Virus record (IMG/VR): IMGVR_UViG_3300028832_000112
Coordinates: 41,681-105,680 of that record
Reading direction: 5' to 3' (one strand)
DNA length: 64,000 bases
DNA from: a virus
Taxonomy: Duplodnaviria; Caudoviricetes
In this document: piece after piece, positions 55,535 through 63,999 of the stretch
How the letters are laid out: every line of letters starts with the position of its first letter
Position numbering within the stretch: position 1 is the stretch's first letter
Notes under the pieces: model-generated
What the model was told of the DNA's origin: nothing
Seen by the model: the letters and a program-made list of their open reading frames with translations, nothing else
Databases searched by the model: none
Program-made: the position numbers and the translations under genes

Positions 55535-55960
55535 ATGGGCACAACAAACATATTACTTTCTATCCATCCGGAATGGGCGGAACTCATCTATTCTTGCGAG
55601 AAGCAAGTAGAATGGCGTAAGTCCATCCCAAGGCAGATCAACTATAATCCGTTGCACAAGGAAGACCGTGTGCGCGTGTACATGTACGAGACGGCTCCGT
55701 ACGGATGCATCACCGGATATTTTGAACTGGCTGACGTGGTTCGTGTGGACACGCACAACATAACCGAGGACGACGTCTTGGTGAAGCTGGGTCGCGTACC
55801 GTTTGCCGACTTGGTTAAATATCAAGGAAAGTCGGACAGCATCTTCGCTTGGCGCATCGGAACAAATACAAAGTTTAACAACAACCAGCTGCGGACTCTG
55901 GAAGACTTCGGTCTGAAACGTGCGCCGCAGAGCTGGTGCTACACAGACATCAACATATAG
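55535..55960 (+). CDS. ASCH-domain protein
   Basis: LLSIHPEWAELI...KQVEWRK, YET.P, LEDFGLKRAPQSWCY. Confidence 0.85.
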   Translation: MGTTNILLSIHPEWAELIYSCEKQVEWRKSIPRQINYNPLHKEDRVRVYMYETAPYGCITGYFELADVVRVDTHNITEDDVLVKLGRVPFADLVKYQGKSDSIFAWRIGTNTKFNNNQLRTLEDFGLKRAPQSWCYTDINI

Positions 55961-55970
55961 GAGACAAACC

Positions 55971-56651
55971 ATGGCAACTAACGCCGAACTTCTTAAAGAA
56001 ATCGAAGACGGCATGGACGAATACCGCAAGGCGGCTGACGAGTCCATGCAGGGATGGAAGAAGCAACAGCAAGTTGAAGACAAGGTAATCCGCAAGGTGT
56101 TGACCTTGACAAAGGGACAAGAATTTATCGACAAGGTTGAAAGCTTTGTCGGTCGTCGCATCATGAAAGTCGACGCCAACGGCGGCGTCACCATCATGAC
56201 TGTCGAACACGTACAGTTCGACAAGTGGGAAATCGTCTTCTACGGCAATGGCGTCAAGTACACTGGCAACTCTACCGCTTGGTCTGAAGACCGTCTTGAA
56301 GTAAAGTACAATTCGGTTGACGACGAGCTCCAGACCATTTCGTTTGCGGAATCCGTTGACATCGACGAAGTCATCCGCCGCGTCGAGGAAGCGAAGAAGG
56401 AAGCCGTAGACAAGGCTGTGAAGCGCATTAGCCAGTTCTATGACGACTCTATCGAGACCATCAAGAAGCTCTCGCTCAATCCGACAAACTTGCGCGAAGA
56501 CAGCCATTTGTGCAGTCGTTGCGACGGAACGGACAAGCTCGGAGAGATCTGTCAGTGGAGCTGGCGTGAACTTATCCGTGACTTCGGTAGCGAGGAACAG
56601 AAGGCCGAAGTGTTCGGTGACTGCACTGACGAGGTAGAAAATGTCGGTTAA
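55971..56651 (+). CDS. Hypothetical (coiled coil + beta domain family)
   Basis: RBS AGGAG. Confidence 0.7.
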   Translation: MATNAELLKEIEDGMDEYRKAADESMQGWKKQQQVEDKVIRKVLTLTKGQEFIDKVESFVGRRIMKVDANGGVTIMTVEHVQFDKWEIVFYGNGVKYTGNSTAWSEDRLEVKYNSVDDELQTISFAESVDIDEVIRRVEEAKKEAVDKAVKRISQFYDDSIETIKKLSLNPTNLREDSHLCSRCDGTDKLGEICQWSWRELIRDFGSEEQKAEVFGDCTDEVENVG

Positions 56652-56898
56652 GCAACGTCTCATGTGGCTCCACTTGTGGGTCATCACGATATTGGCGTTC
56701 CCGTTCACGCTGATCGCCTTCTTGGTGAGTATGCTCGCTCTTGGCTTCCTTTACCTCGCCAAGGCCGTATTCATGCCAGCGTACTTCTTGTACCGGGTGC
56801 TAGGGCCAAAGCCTAAAGAGAACAAGGAATACAAGCTAATCAAGAATTGGTTGTGCGACTTATCTGAGTTCTTGCTCGACAAGGCGGACTGGAAATAA
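56641..56898 (+). CDS. Small membrane protein
   Basis: RBS GAGG; hydrophobic. Confidence 0.65.
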   Translation: MSVKQRLMWLHLWVITILAFPFTLIAFLVSMLALGFLYLAKAVFMPAYFLYRVLGPKPKENKEYKLIKNWLCDLSEFLLDKADWK

Positions 56899-56935
56899 CT
56901 TTAACGTAATTCATTCAACACAGAGGAATAAAACT

Positions 56936-57376
56936 ATGTTAATTGATCAAATCAACAACGATATCATTGCCCACATGAAGGCGAAGAACTCAGTGGATGC
57001 CACCATACTGAAGACGCTCAAGGCGGACATTCAGAAGGTCGCCATCGACTCAAAGAAGGACATCGACGACGCCATGGTCATCGAAGTGGCCAGCCGTACT
57101 GTCAAGCAGTTCAACGACGCCCTCGACATGTATGTGAAGGCGAACCAAACGGATCATATAGCGGAAACCCAGCACCGCCTCGATGTCGTGAAGGCTTATC
57201 TGCCGGAACAAGCGTCCGAAGACGATGTAATCGCCGCAGTAAACGAAGTCAAAGCCAAGGTCGGTGCCACTACCAAGCGCGACATGGGTCTCATGATGAA
57301 GGAACTGTCGCCGATGTTCAAGGGCAAGTTCGATCAGAAGAGACTTTCCCAGCTGGTAAGTTCCGTGCTTGCTTAA
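56936..57376 (+). CDS. GatB/YqeY domain protein
   Basis: AMKAK-like start, YLPEQ.SE, KRDMG..MK, GKFD. Confidence 0.88.
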   Translation: MLIDQINNDIIAHMKAKNSVDATILKTLKADIQKVAIDSKKDIDDAMVIEVASRTVKQFNDALDMYVKANQTDHIAETQHRLDVVKAYLPEQASEDDVIAAVNEVKAKVGATTKRDMGLMMKELSPMFKGKFDQKRLSQLVSSVLA

Positions 57377-57393
57377 TTTGGACTGGAAATAAG

Positions 57394-57423
57394 AAAAAGG
57401 ATCGCTTCGCGGCGATCCTTTTT
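57394..57423. terminator. Bidirectional terminator
   Basis: AAAAAGGATCGCT-TCGC-GGCGATCCTTTTT. Confidence 0.8.
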
Positions 57424-57424
57424 G

Positions 57425-57757
57425 TTATTTGATTTTAATGTATTTGTTGTACTTCAGCTCGTTCTCGACGTCGATCATCTTCTTGCGGTGAGCCTCGTAG
57501 CATTCGATGAACTCTTTCGCTTTCTCTGGAGTCTCGAAGCTGACTAGGTTTCCGTATCCGCATGTAGTGTAATAGTCCTTGTCGTCAACATGCGGATACT
57601 TGCACCACTTGAGATCGTATTCGAGAATGACAAACCAGCCTCGGATGAACCAGAAGAGTCTGTCCTTGTACAGGGGCTGATACCGCCACTTTTCTTCATC
57701 GTAGCAGTAGACCTTTTCAAGTTTCCATTCGTGTCGCTTGTATTCTTTCTTGCTCAT
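57425..57757 (-). CDS. Hypothetical protein
   Basis: ATGA overlap. Confidence 0.65.
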   Translation of the reverse strand: MSKKEYKRHEWKLEKVYCYDEEKWRYQPLYKDRLFWFIRGWFVILEYDLKWCKYPHVDDKDYYTTCGYGNLVSFETPEKAKEFIECYEAHRKKMIDVENELKYNKYIKIK

Positions 57758-58215
57758 TTCCACAGCCTCGTAAGGAAGTCCTCGTCGATCTCGACGGGCT
57801 GGTGCTTCACCGGGACAAGCGTGAGCTCGAACTCGTGGTTGTGGGGATCGTACTCGGTTCTCGGCCAGTAGTCGTAGATGGAATAATGCTTCATGAACTG
57901 GTCGATTTCGGCGTCGGTCACGCCCATCGTCTTCAAGGTCTCGTTGGCCTTGAGACTTGCCATGATGTCGCCGTCATTGTGGTCGCCGTAGTCGTCGTTA
58001 CCGTCTTTGCCGAACTCGGCTTCCACCGCATAGTTGAACATGGCAAGCAGTTTCATGCTTTCCTTGTTGGTGTCGTCGATGAGCCAGACGTCTTCGCCCT
58101 TTACTCTCGTGTACGGTTCGCTGTAGCCTTCCGGCGGATAGATGTATCCGTGGTTGCTCTTGATTTCGTCATCGCCTTCGTCGAACTCGCAGTTGAATTT
58201 AAGTAGCCATTCCAT
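57754..58215 (-). CDS. Hypothetical acidic protein
   Basis: RBS AGGAG. Confidence 0.7.
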   Translation of the reverse strand: MEWLLKFNCEFDEGDDEIKSNHGYIYPPEGYSEPYTRVKGEDVWLIDDTNKESMKLLAMFNYAVEAEFGKDGNDDYGDHNDGDIMASLKANETLKTMGVTDAEIDQFMKHYSIYDYWPRTEYDPHNHEFELTLVPVKHQPVEIDEDFLTRLWK

Positions 58216-58224
58216 GGTGATCTC

Positions 58225-58584
58225 CTATAATGCGGCCAGACGGCCAAAGTTGGCCATGCCCCAGTTGATTGCTTGTTCCCTAGATACAAAAAAGTGGATA
58301 CCCTCGGTGCAGTCTCGGTTGGGATTCTTGTCGAGGTTCGACGATGCGAACTCGTTTAACTTGTACTCGAAGTTCTTGTCGAACCACGAGTGGGCCGAAG
58401 TATCGATAATCGCTGTCTTCGTGAGGGTCGGATAGAAATGCCTCGGAATTACCTTGTCTGTACGGTAGAAACCGCTTCCGGACTCGATAAGCGTGGCGTC
58501 ATCCGGAATGTCCATTTCGAGGACAACCCAGCGGAACTCGTTGTAGCGGATTACGGCCTTGTAGCCCTTGGTAGGTCTTTCCAT
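58225..58584 (-). CDS. DUF5758-like protein
   Basis: GYK..IPDDA..YRTDK..CTEGIHFF..REQA. Confidence 0.7.
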   Translation of the reverse strand: MERPTKGYKAVIRYNEFRWVVLEMDIPDDATLIESGSGFYRTDKVIPRHFYPTLTKTAIIDTSAHSWFDKNFEYKLNEFASSNLDKNPNRDCTEGIHFFVSREQAINWGMANFGRLAAL

Positions 58585-58585
58585 A

Positions 58586-59017
58586 TTACGTTCCCTCGTC
58601 GCCGTATTCCATTTCGTACATGATGCCGTCGGCGGAAAACTCTGGCGGGTATCCGTTGCAGTAATGCTGGATAATTAGCCCACAGTAGTAGTCGACGGTT
58701 CCCTTGCGGCAGTGGTACTTCCTCTGGAGAATGTCGTCCACCATTTCGGTATACTGTTCCTTGGTGACCAAGTCGTAGTATCCGAACGGATGTATCTTTA
58801 CGACTTCGCGCATAACCATTGGATGCGCCATGGCGCATTGCATGACGGCGTCGTTATCGTTTGCCGCGTAAGTCGCAAATCGGTATTCCGTGCCTTCGTT
58901 ATCCTTCCAGTAGACACGGTAGTCCTTCTTTGCTTTCCACGGTTTACCGTCGCCTTTCAGCCAGTGCTGCAAGGTCTCGCTGTACTTCTTGTACCATTTC
59001 GGTATACAGTCTGACAT
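58586..59017 (-). CDS. Hypothetical protein
   Basis: RBS AAGGA. Confidence 0.7.
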   Translation of the reverse strand: MSDCIPKWYKKYSETLQHWLKGDGKPWKAKKDYRVYWKDNEGTEYRFATYAANDNDAVMQCAMAHPMVMREVVKIHPFGYYDLVTKEQYTEMVDDILQRKYHCRKGTVDYYCGLIIQHYCNGYPPEFSADGIMYEMEYGDEGT

Positions 59018-59018
59018 A

Positions 59019-59822
59019 TTACTTTCCTTCGGAGCTGACGATGCCGTCGGCGACGTATTCCGGGTTGATGCCTTCCTTGTAGCAGTCCTCGATGAAGCCG
59101 TCGTAGTTGCCTTGCTCGTTCATTTCAAAGTCGACCTTGCGGCCATGCTTCTTCTCAAGGATTTCGTACACATTGTTGCGGTGTTCGTCCTCGGTCATGC
59201 CGAGAGCGGCGATTTCCTTCTTGAAACCGGAAAGGTAGTCGTTGAACTTCTTGTGACGCTGGCGGTCTTCTTCGGCATGCTGCATCTCGTAGTCGAGGTC
59301 GCTCTGGGCCATTTCGATCTTCCGCTGCTTCCATTCTTGGAACGCGGTTTCGTCCGAGAGGGCCTTTTCGTACGACTTGATGCCTTCCACGTACCACTCG
59401 GTATCGTCCGGTTCGGTCATGTTGAGCTGTTCGAGCGCAAACTTCTTCACGTCGGCATACTTCTCTCCGCAATTCCATGCCTCGATTTTCGCCTTGATGG
59501 GGTTGATGCGGTCGAGCATTTCCTGGTTTTCCTTGAGGGTCTTGTTGTAGGACTCTTGCTCGTGTTCTATAGACTTTCTGAGATCTTCGCGCCATTCGTC
59601 GTCGGTACGAGCCTTGTACTCTTCGAGACGCTTCTTGGAGCTTTCGATCTGGTTGATGTGGTAGGTGTCCAACGGAATATCGTCAGGGAGTTCTGTGCCG
59701 TGGTCGGCGTCTCGGTAGCTGATGAGGACGCCGAAGGCGTAGAGACAGTTTTTCAAGTAGTCTTCGGCGGTCTTGATCTTGCCGTTGACGATTCCGCAAG
59801 TGTATCCAGTCATTCTTGGCAT
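59019..59822 (-). CDS. Conserved phage hypothetical protein
   Basis: TGYT..I......C..AFG.....RD motif; RBS AAGGAG. Confidence 0.75.
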   Translation of the reverse strand: MPRMTGYTCGIVNGKIKTAEDYLKNCLYAFGVLISYRDADHGTELPDDIPLDTYHINQIESSKKRLEEYKARTDDEWREDLRKSIEHEQESYNKTLKENQEMLDRINPIKAKIEAWNCGEKYADVKKFALEQLNMTEPDDTEWYVEGIKSYEKALSDETAFQEWKQRKIEMAQSDLDYEMQHAEEDRQRHKKFNDYLSGFKKEIAALGMTEDEHRNNVYEILEKKHGRKVDFEMNEQGNYDGFIEDCYKEGINPEYVADGIVSSEGK

Positions 59823-59838
59823 TGTGTTTCTCCTTGTT

Positions 59839-60207
59839 TTACCAGCGAAGATGGCAGTGACCTTCATGGCGACCGAGAGAATACGATTCCGCAAGGTGCA
59901 GCTTTCCGAGTTCGCGTTCGACGACTTGGAAATGGGCTACGGTCATCGTGAAAAGGATGTTGTTGCGGTCGTCATCGGCCCAGAAGTCGCAGATTCCGGT
60001 CGGCTCGTACTTTTCGTCGACTCTGGACTTGTAGTAGAGCGTCATTCCCTTTACATGGAAGTTGAGCGGGTCGTCGGTAATCTTCCTGATGGTTGCCTTG
60101 ACCTTTTCCACCGCGCTGATGATTTCCGCATCGGTGACTGGCGCTTCGCTGAAGGCGGTCTGCTTCTGATTGATTTCGTTGATAAAGTCTAAAGTAGGGT
60201 CACTCAT
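59839..60207 (-). CDS. Hypothetical protein
   Basis: MSDPTLDF start, RBS AAGGA, TTTGCTATATT upstream (60229-60239). Confidence 0.7.
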   Translation of the reverse strand: MSDPTLDFINEINQKQTAFSEAPVTDAEIISAVEKVKATIRKITDDPLNFHVKGMTLYYKSRVDEKYEPTGICDFWADDDRNNILFTMTVAHFQVVERELGKLHLAESYSLGRHEGHCHLRW

Positions 60208-60239
60208 AATGGGGTTTCCTTTGTATAGAATATAGCAAA

Positions 60240-60899
60240 TTACTGAAGCTTTGGGGTGACTTCGACGTTGTTTTCGCCCATGAGGCACTTCACACCCAAG
60301 TTCTGCAGACGGGTTTCGGCGTATGCGTTGACTTCTGCCTTGGCCTTCACCACCATCGTCGCCATGTCCTCTTTGAAGCAGTGCTTCACGTACTTGACGT
60401 TTTCGACGGTATTGCTGCGCACGATCTGCATCTGTCGGATGAGTTCGGCCATCTGGGCCTTGCCCATCGGCTTGCCGGACTGCATGATGTCTTGGACATA
60501 CTTCTCCAAGTCGCTGAGGTTGTTCTTGAACTTGTCGAAGGTGAGTTCTGTCTGGACATTGTAGTCCTCGGCGATGTTGCGCATTTCGACCTTCTCGGTC
60601 GGCTTGCCGTCGATTCGGGTGATTGTGCAAGGGACACCGCCGTCGATGTTTCCGGCGGTGAGGAATTCGGCCCACTGGATAGGGGTCATTTCGATTTCCA
60701 GCATGGGCTTGAACTCTGCGCAGATCCGTCCGCCTATGTGGGTACTGTCGAGGTCGTGGTCGACATAGGCCCTGCTGATGCGGATGCAGACCGGGGAGTC
60801 CGTCTTGATTTCGGATCCGAACATGGCTTGCGGTGCGCCGCAAGATAGGCGGTTCCACGAGATCATGCCCATGTAGTCTTTCTGGTCAGACTTTGCCAT
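60240..60899 (-). CDS. Conserved phage hypothetical protein
   Basis: MFGSEI, EIEMTPIQWAEFLT..N...GVPCTI. Confidence 0.78.
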   Translation of the reverse strand: MAKSDQKDYMGMISWNRLSCGAPQAMFGSEIKTDSPVCIRISRAYVDHDLDSTHIGGRICAEFKPMLEIEMTPIQWAEFLTAGNIDGGVPCTITRIDGKPTEKVEMRNIAEDYNVQTELTFDKFKNNLSDLEKYVQDIMQSGKPMGKAQMAELIRQMQIVRSNTVENVKYVKHCFKEDMATMVVKAKAEVNAYAETRLQNLGVKCLMGENNVEVTPKLQ

Positions 60900-60915
60900 T
60901 GGTGTGTCCTTGTTG

Positions 60916-61620
60916 TTATTCGTCTTTACCGAAGGTGAGTTCCTTGCGGCCCTTGGCCCATGTGACTTCCGGGATGAATTCGTCCATAGACCAGTCGATG
61001 TCGTGCTTTCCGTGAGCTTCGTCATAAAGCAAGTCGAAGTCGGTTGACTGGTCGATTCCAACATCATCCATCATCTTCGTCAGCTCTTCGGCGAGTGCGA
61101 CCAAGATGGGCAGTCCGATGTACGCCTTGTATTCCGGATTTGCGTAGGTTCCGTTTGAGAAACCGATACGTGTAGAGAAGAAGTCGTGGTAGGACATTGC
61201 GTCCATTGCGCTGATAAGGCGGACGATGTCGTACATGCCCTTCTGTTTGTTGAGCTCCATGAAGTACGGAAAGTGCGTAAAGAGGAATTGCAAGTCCGAA
61301 TTGTCAGTCATGCCTTTGAAGTGGTCGTCCGGAATCTTGGGGACGATGCCGTGTTCGTCACGGAGCTTCAAGAGGAGCTGGCAACTGAGCCTTGCTCTGG
61401 GGAATATCATCCTGGCATACTTGTCGGCACGATTCAGACGCTTTTCGTCTCTGATCATGATGCTCCACATGTACTTGAGGCCGTTAAGAAAGCCGATTAG
61501 TCCAGTTGCAGCGCGAGTGGCGTTGAACACGGCGTATCTTATGGAGCTGAAGTCGACTTGGTCGTGAAGGGCGTGTTTGCGTTCTTCATCTGTGAGGAAT
61601 TGTTTCGGTTCGGTAAACAT
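60916..61620 (-). CDS. Hypothetical protein
   Basis: RBS AAGGA behind TTGACA promoter. Confidence 0.72.
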   Translation of the reverse strand: MFTEPKQFLTDEERKHALHDQVDFSSIRYAVFNATRAATGLIGFLNGLKYMWSIMIRDEKRLNRADKYARMIFPRARLSCQLLLKLRDEHGIVPKIPDDHFKGMTDNSDLQFLFTHFPYFMELNKQKGMYDIVRLISAMDAMSYHDFFSTRIGFSNGTYANPEYKAYIGLPILVALAEELTKMMDDVGIDQSTDFDLLYDEAHGKHDIDWSMDEFIPEVTWAKGRKELTFGKDE

Positions 61621-61652
61621 TTTTGTGTCCTTGTTGTTTGGTTTGTACTTGG

Positions 61653-61699
61653 AATATAACAATAAAAATCCAGTCTGTCAATACCAGACGGGAATTTTT
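61653..61699 (-). promoter_or_regulatory. Terminator-like hairpin fused to early promoter
   Basis: Minus strand AAAAATTCCCGTCTG-GTATTGA-CAGACTGGATTTTT with TTGACA-N17-TATATT. Confidence 0.7.
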
Positions 61700-61719
61700 A
61701 TTACTTTTTTGATCTTCAT
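61678..61719 (-). CDS. Leaderless 13-aa mini-ORF MKIKKVIKIPVWY
   Basis: ATG exactly 7 nt after -10 of the minus promoter; stop lies in the next promoter's -35. Confidence 0.4.
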   Translation of the reverse strand: MKIKKVIKIPVWY

Positions 61720-61726
61720 GCCAACA

Positions 61727-61777
61727 AATATAGCAATCTGAATGACTCTTGTCAGAGTATTTGCGGTTTGCTATATT
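61727..61777. promoter_or_regulatory. Divergent leaderless promoters
   Basis: Plus TTGTCA(61749)-N17-TATATT; minus CTGACA-N17-TATATT. Confidence 0.8.
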
Positions 61778-61784
61778 TAGACGT

Positions 61785-62471
61785 ATGAACGATATTACAA
61801 TACCACAAGACCTTATACGGAATCTGCAGAATATAAGTGCGCTCAAGCAACTATATAACTTGGGCGGCGATTACCATGTAGATCCGCAGCGCCACGCATT
61901 GCTCGAATCTCTCAAGCAGATATCGCATCCGACGCGCACCGAGCAATCGCTCATGGACGAAATACTGCTGGCCGAAGCTGCTGCGGCGAAAAACAACGAA
62001 ATGTCCCAAGAGCGTCGTCACAAAGAAATCTGCGAACTATATGAGAAGGTGCGTCAGTGCGTCAAGGATATGTTCCTCGGCAAGTACCTAAAAATAACGT
62101 ATGGAGACGGACAACGCCATTACCTTCATGTACGTGGCGTGACCATGTACAACCTCGGCGCGAAGGTGTGCATATCTGGAACCGAGTTAATCTACGTCAA
62201 CTTGGGCGGATTCGTGCAACACCATGTAGGCACCGAATACCAGCTGTTCCGTTGCGACGAGATGACCAAGCCGTCCCTTAACGTACTCGATGCGCTGACC
62301 AAGGAACTTGAGCCGTACGAGTACATCGAGTACGACGAAATCATGAACGTGCTGAAGATGCGCCAGAAGGATGTCGAACACGAGTTCGCCACGCTGATCG
62401 AGAAGGCGACACAGATGGCCGACGAAGAAATGTTTATCGACCGTCCGGCCAATGCAGAGGAGTGGTGGTAG
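61785..62471 (+). CDS. Hypothetical (paralog of 43710-44348), leaderless
   Basis: Start fixed by promoter. Confidence 0.72.
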   Translation: MNDITIPQDLIRNLQNISALKQLYNLGGDYHVDPQRHALLESLKQISHPTRTEQSLMDEILLAEAAAAKNNEMSQERRHKEICELYEKVRQCVKDMFLGKYLKITYGDGQRHYLHVRGVTMYNLGAKVCISGTELIYVNLGGFVQHHVGTEYQLFRCDEMTKPSLNVLDALTKELEPYEYIEYDEIMNVLKMRQKDVEHEFATLIEKATQMADEEMFIDRPANAEEWW

Positions 62472-62472
62472 A

Positions 62473-62979
62473 ATGGGAAAGCGTACAGTCAAGGATTTTT
62501 TACTGGAACATCATCCAGAACTCATTGGCGAGTTGGATGATTACTTACATAAGACACCAGCGAAACGTAAGCGAAAGCCTAAAATAGAACGCGGCTCGTG
62601 GGAATACGTGTGCAAACTGATGCCGAAGCTGGCGGACTTTGCGCATGTCCAACAAAGCAATTCATCGGTAGCCGGATTTGCGATGAAAGACGCAAAAGTC
62701 TGGTATATCTATCGTTCAGTCGAGGTAGGGAAGCGTACGGCGAAAGTCGGCATAACGTTGATTGTGCATAGCTGTCGTTGTGGCAAGGAGTGTACCCAAG
62801 TCGAACTGACTCCCAAGGAACATTACCTTCAGTTTTATACGATGTTCGACCGTAGTGCTATCTCATGCTATACTCCGATGACGAATCTTCCGAATATCTC
62901 GTTCGGCAATGGCAGCTACAAGGTTCCTATAGACCTCAAGTCTATGCGAAAGTACATCTACGAGTTCTTTGGGATTTAG
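62473..62979 (+). CDS. Hypothetical protein
   Basis: Operon context. Confidence 0.65.
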   Translation: MGKRTVKDFLLEHHPELIGELDDYLHKTPAKRKRKPKIERGSWEYVCKLMPKLADFAHVQQSNSSVAGFAMKDAKVWYIYRSVEVGKRTAKVGITLIVHSCRCGKECTQVELTPKEHYLQFYTMFDRSAISCYTPMTNLPNISFGNGSYKVPIDLKSMRKYIYEFFGI

Positions 62980-62980
62980 T

Positions 62981-63502
62981 ATGGCGTATGCGAATAAATG
63001 GCTGATGAACGAGCTTGCGCACGACTTTAGGAAGTTCCGTAGCTTCATCAAGGACGGCGTCGTGTGCGTTACCGACTGTCCCATGACTGCCGAGGAACGC
63101 GAGAAGGTTCGCGATATAGCGATAGGCGTTCGCGAGGTCGATACGCATGTCTATTTGCCAGATGAACGGATGAAGCTGCTAGAAGCTCGTCTGCATGACC
63201 TTCTGGAACTCTACCCAGAGGCCCAGCTGACTAGACAAGAGGACGGAATCGTCTTGAAGTACCGTGGTCACTGCTACGACATGGACGTGGCGTACGACAT
63301 AATCGCAAGGCCGTACACGCTGCGCCTTCTTTCGCTAGACCTTCAGAAAGATAAGGAATACGAAGACTGGAAGGCCGACTGTAAAGCCACGGTGGAAATA
63401 CCGTGGATGGCAATACCGTGGCGCAACTATGAATTATGGAAACAGACGCATCCAGATAGGACGCTCAAGGGTTGGAAGCCGTCCAAGGGCTGGTTCGATT
63501 AG
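62981..63502 (+). CDS. Hypothetical protein
   Basis: Operon context. Confidence 0.65.
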   Translation: MAYANKWLMNELAHDFRKFRSFIKDGVVCVTDCPMTAEEREKVRDIAIGVREVDTHVYLPDERMKLLEARLHDLLELYPEAQLTRQEDGIVLKYRGHCYDMDVAYDIIARPYTLRLLSLDLQKDKEYEDWKADCKATVEIPWMAIPWRNYELWKQTHPDRTLKGWKPSKGWFD

Positions 63503-63999
63503 TCCAGGTGCGACAGCATCTGTCCGTCGAAGAACAGCTTGAAAGCCTCCAGCACTTCTGGGTGAGACAGTAGCTGCTGCTTTTCTTCCTCGAACGTGAT
63601 TTCACAGCATTTCTTTCCAATTACACGGCTTATAGCACGGTGCAGTAATTCGTCGTTGGTCTTCAGATCGTCAAGCTTTTTGAAGTATTCGTTGCAAGAG
63701 GCGATCACGGCTCGGTCGATCTCCATCTGCATTTCCGAAATCTCCGGCTCGTCGTCGAGGTCGTCGAAATCGACTTCTTGTATGCTGTATGTCTCGCATA
63801 CTTGGCTAGTTCCGAACAAGGCGTATTCGACCGTGGCGCTAGTGCCGTTAAACGGCTTTTTGTTGTTGATGCATGCGCCGCCGTTCGGCACGATGCCGAT
63901 ATCTGGCCATTTTTCATACCAGTCCTTGACGAACTTTGCGGCTCGTTCCTTGCTCTTGAACACCTTCAAGAGTGTCGTGTTTTCGCAAACGGTGTCCCT
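63499..63999 (-). CDS. Hypothetical protein (5'-truncated by window edge)
   Basis: Frame open to window end; KVFKSKERA...YSIQEV motif. Confidence 0.65.
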   Translation of the reverse strand, partial: RDTVCENTTLLKVFKSKERAAKFVKDWYEKWPDIGIVPNGGACINNKKPFNGTSATVEYALFGTSQVCETYSIQEVDFDDLDDEPEISEMQMEIDRAVIASCNEYFKKLDDLKTNDELLHRAISRVIGKKCCEITFEEEKQQLLSHPEVLEAFKLFFDGQMLSHLD

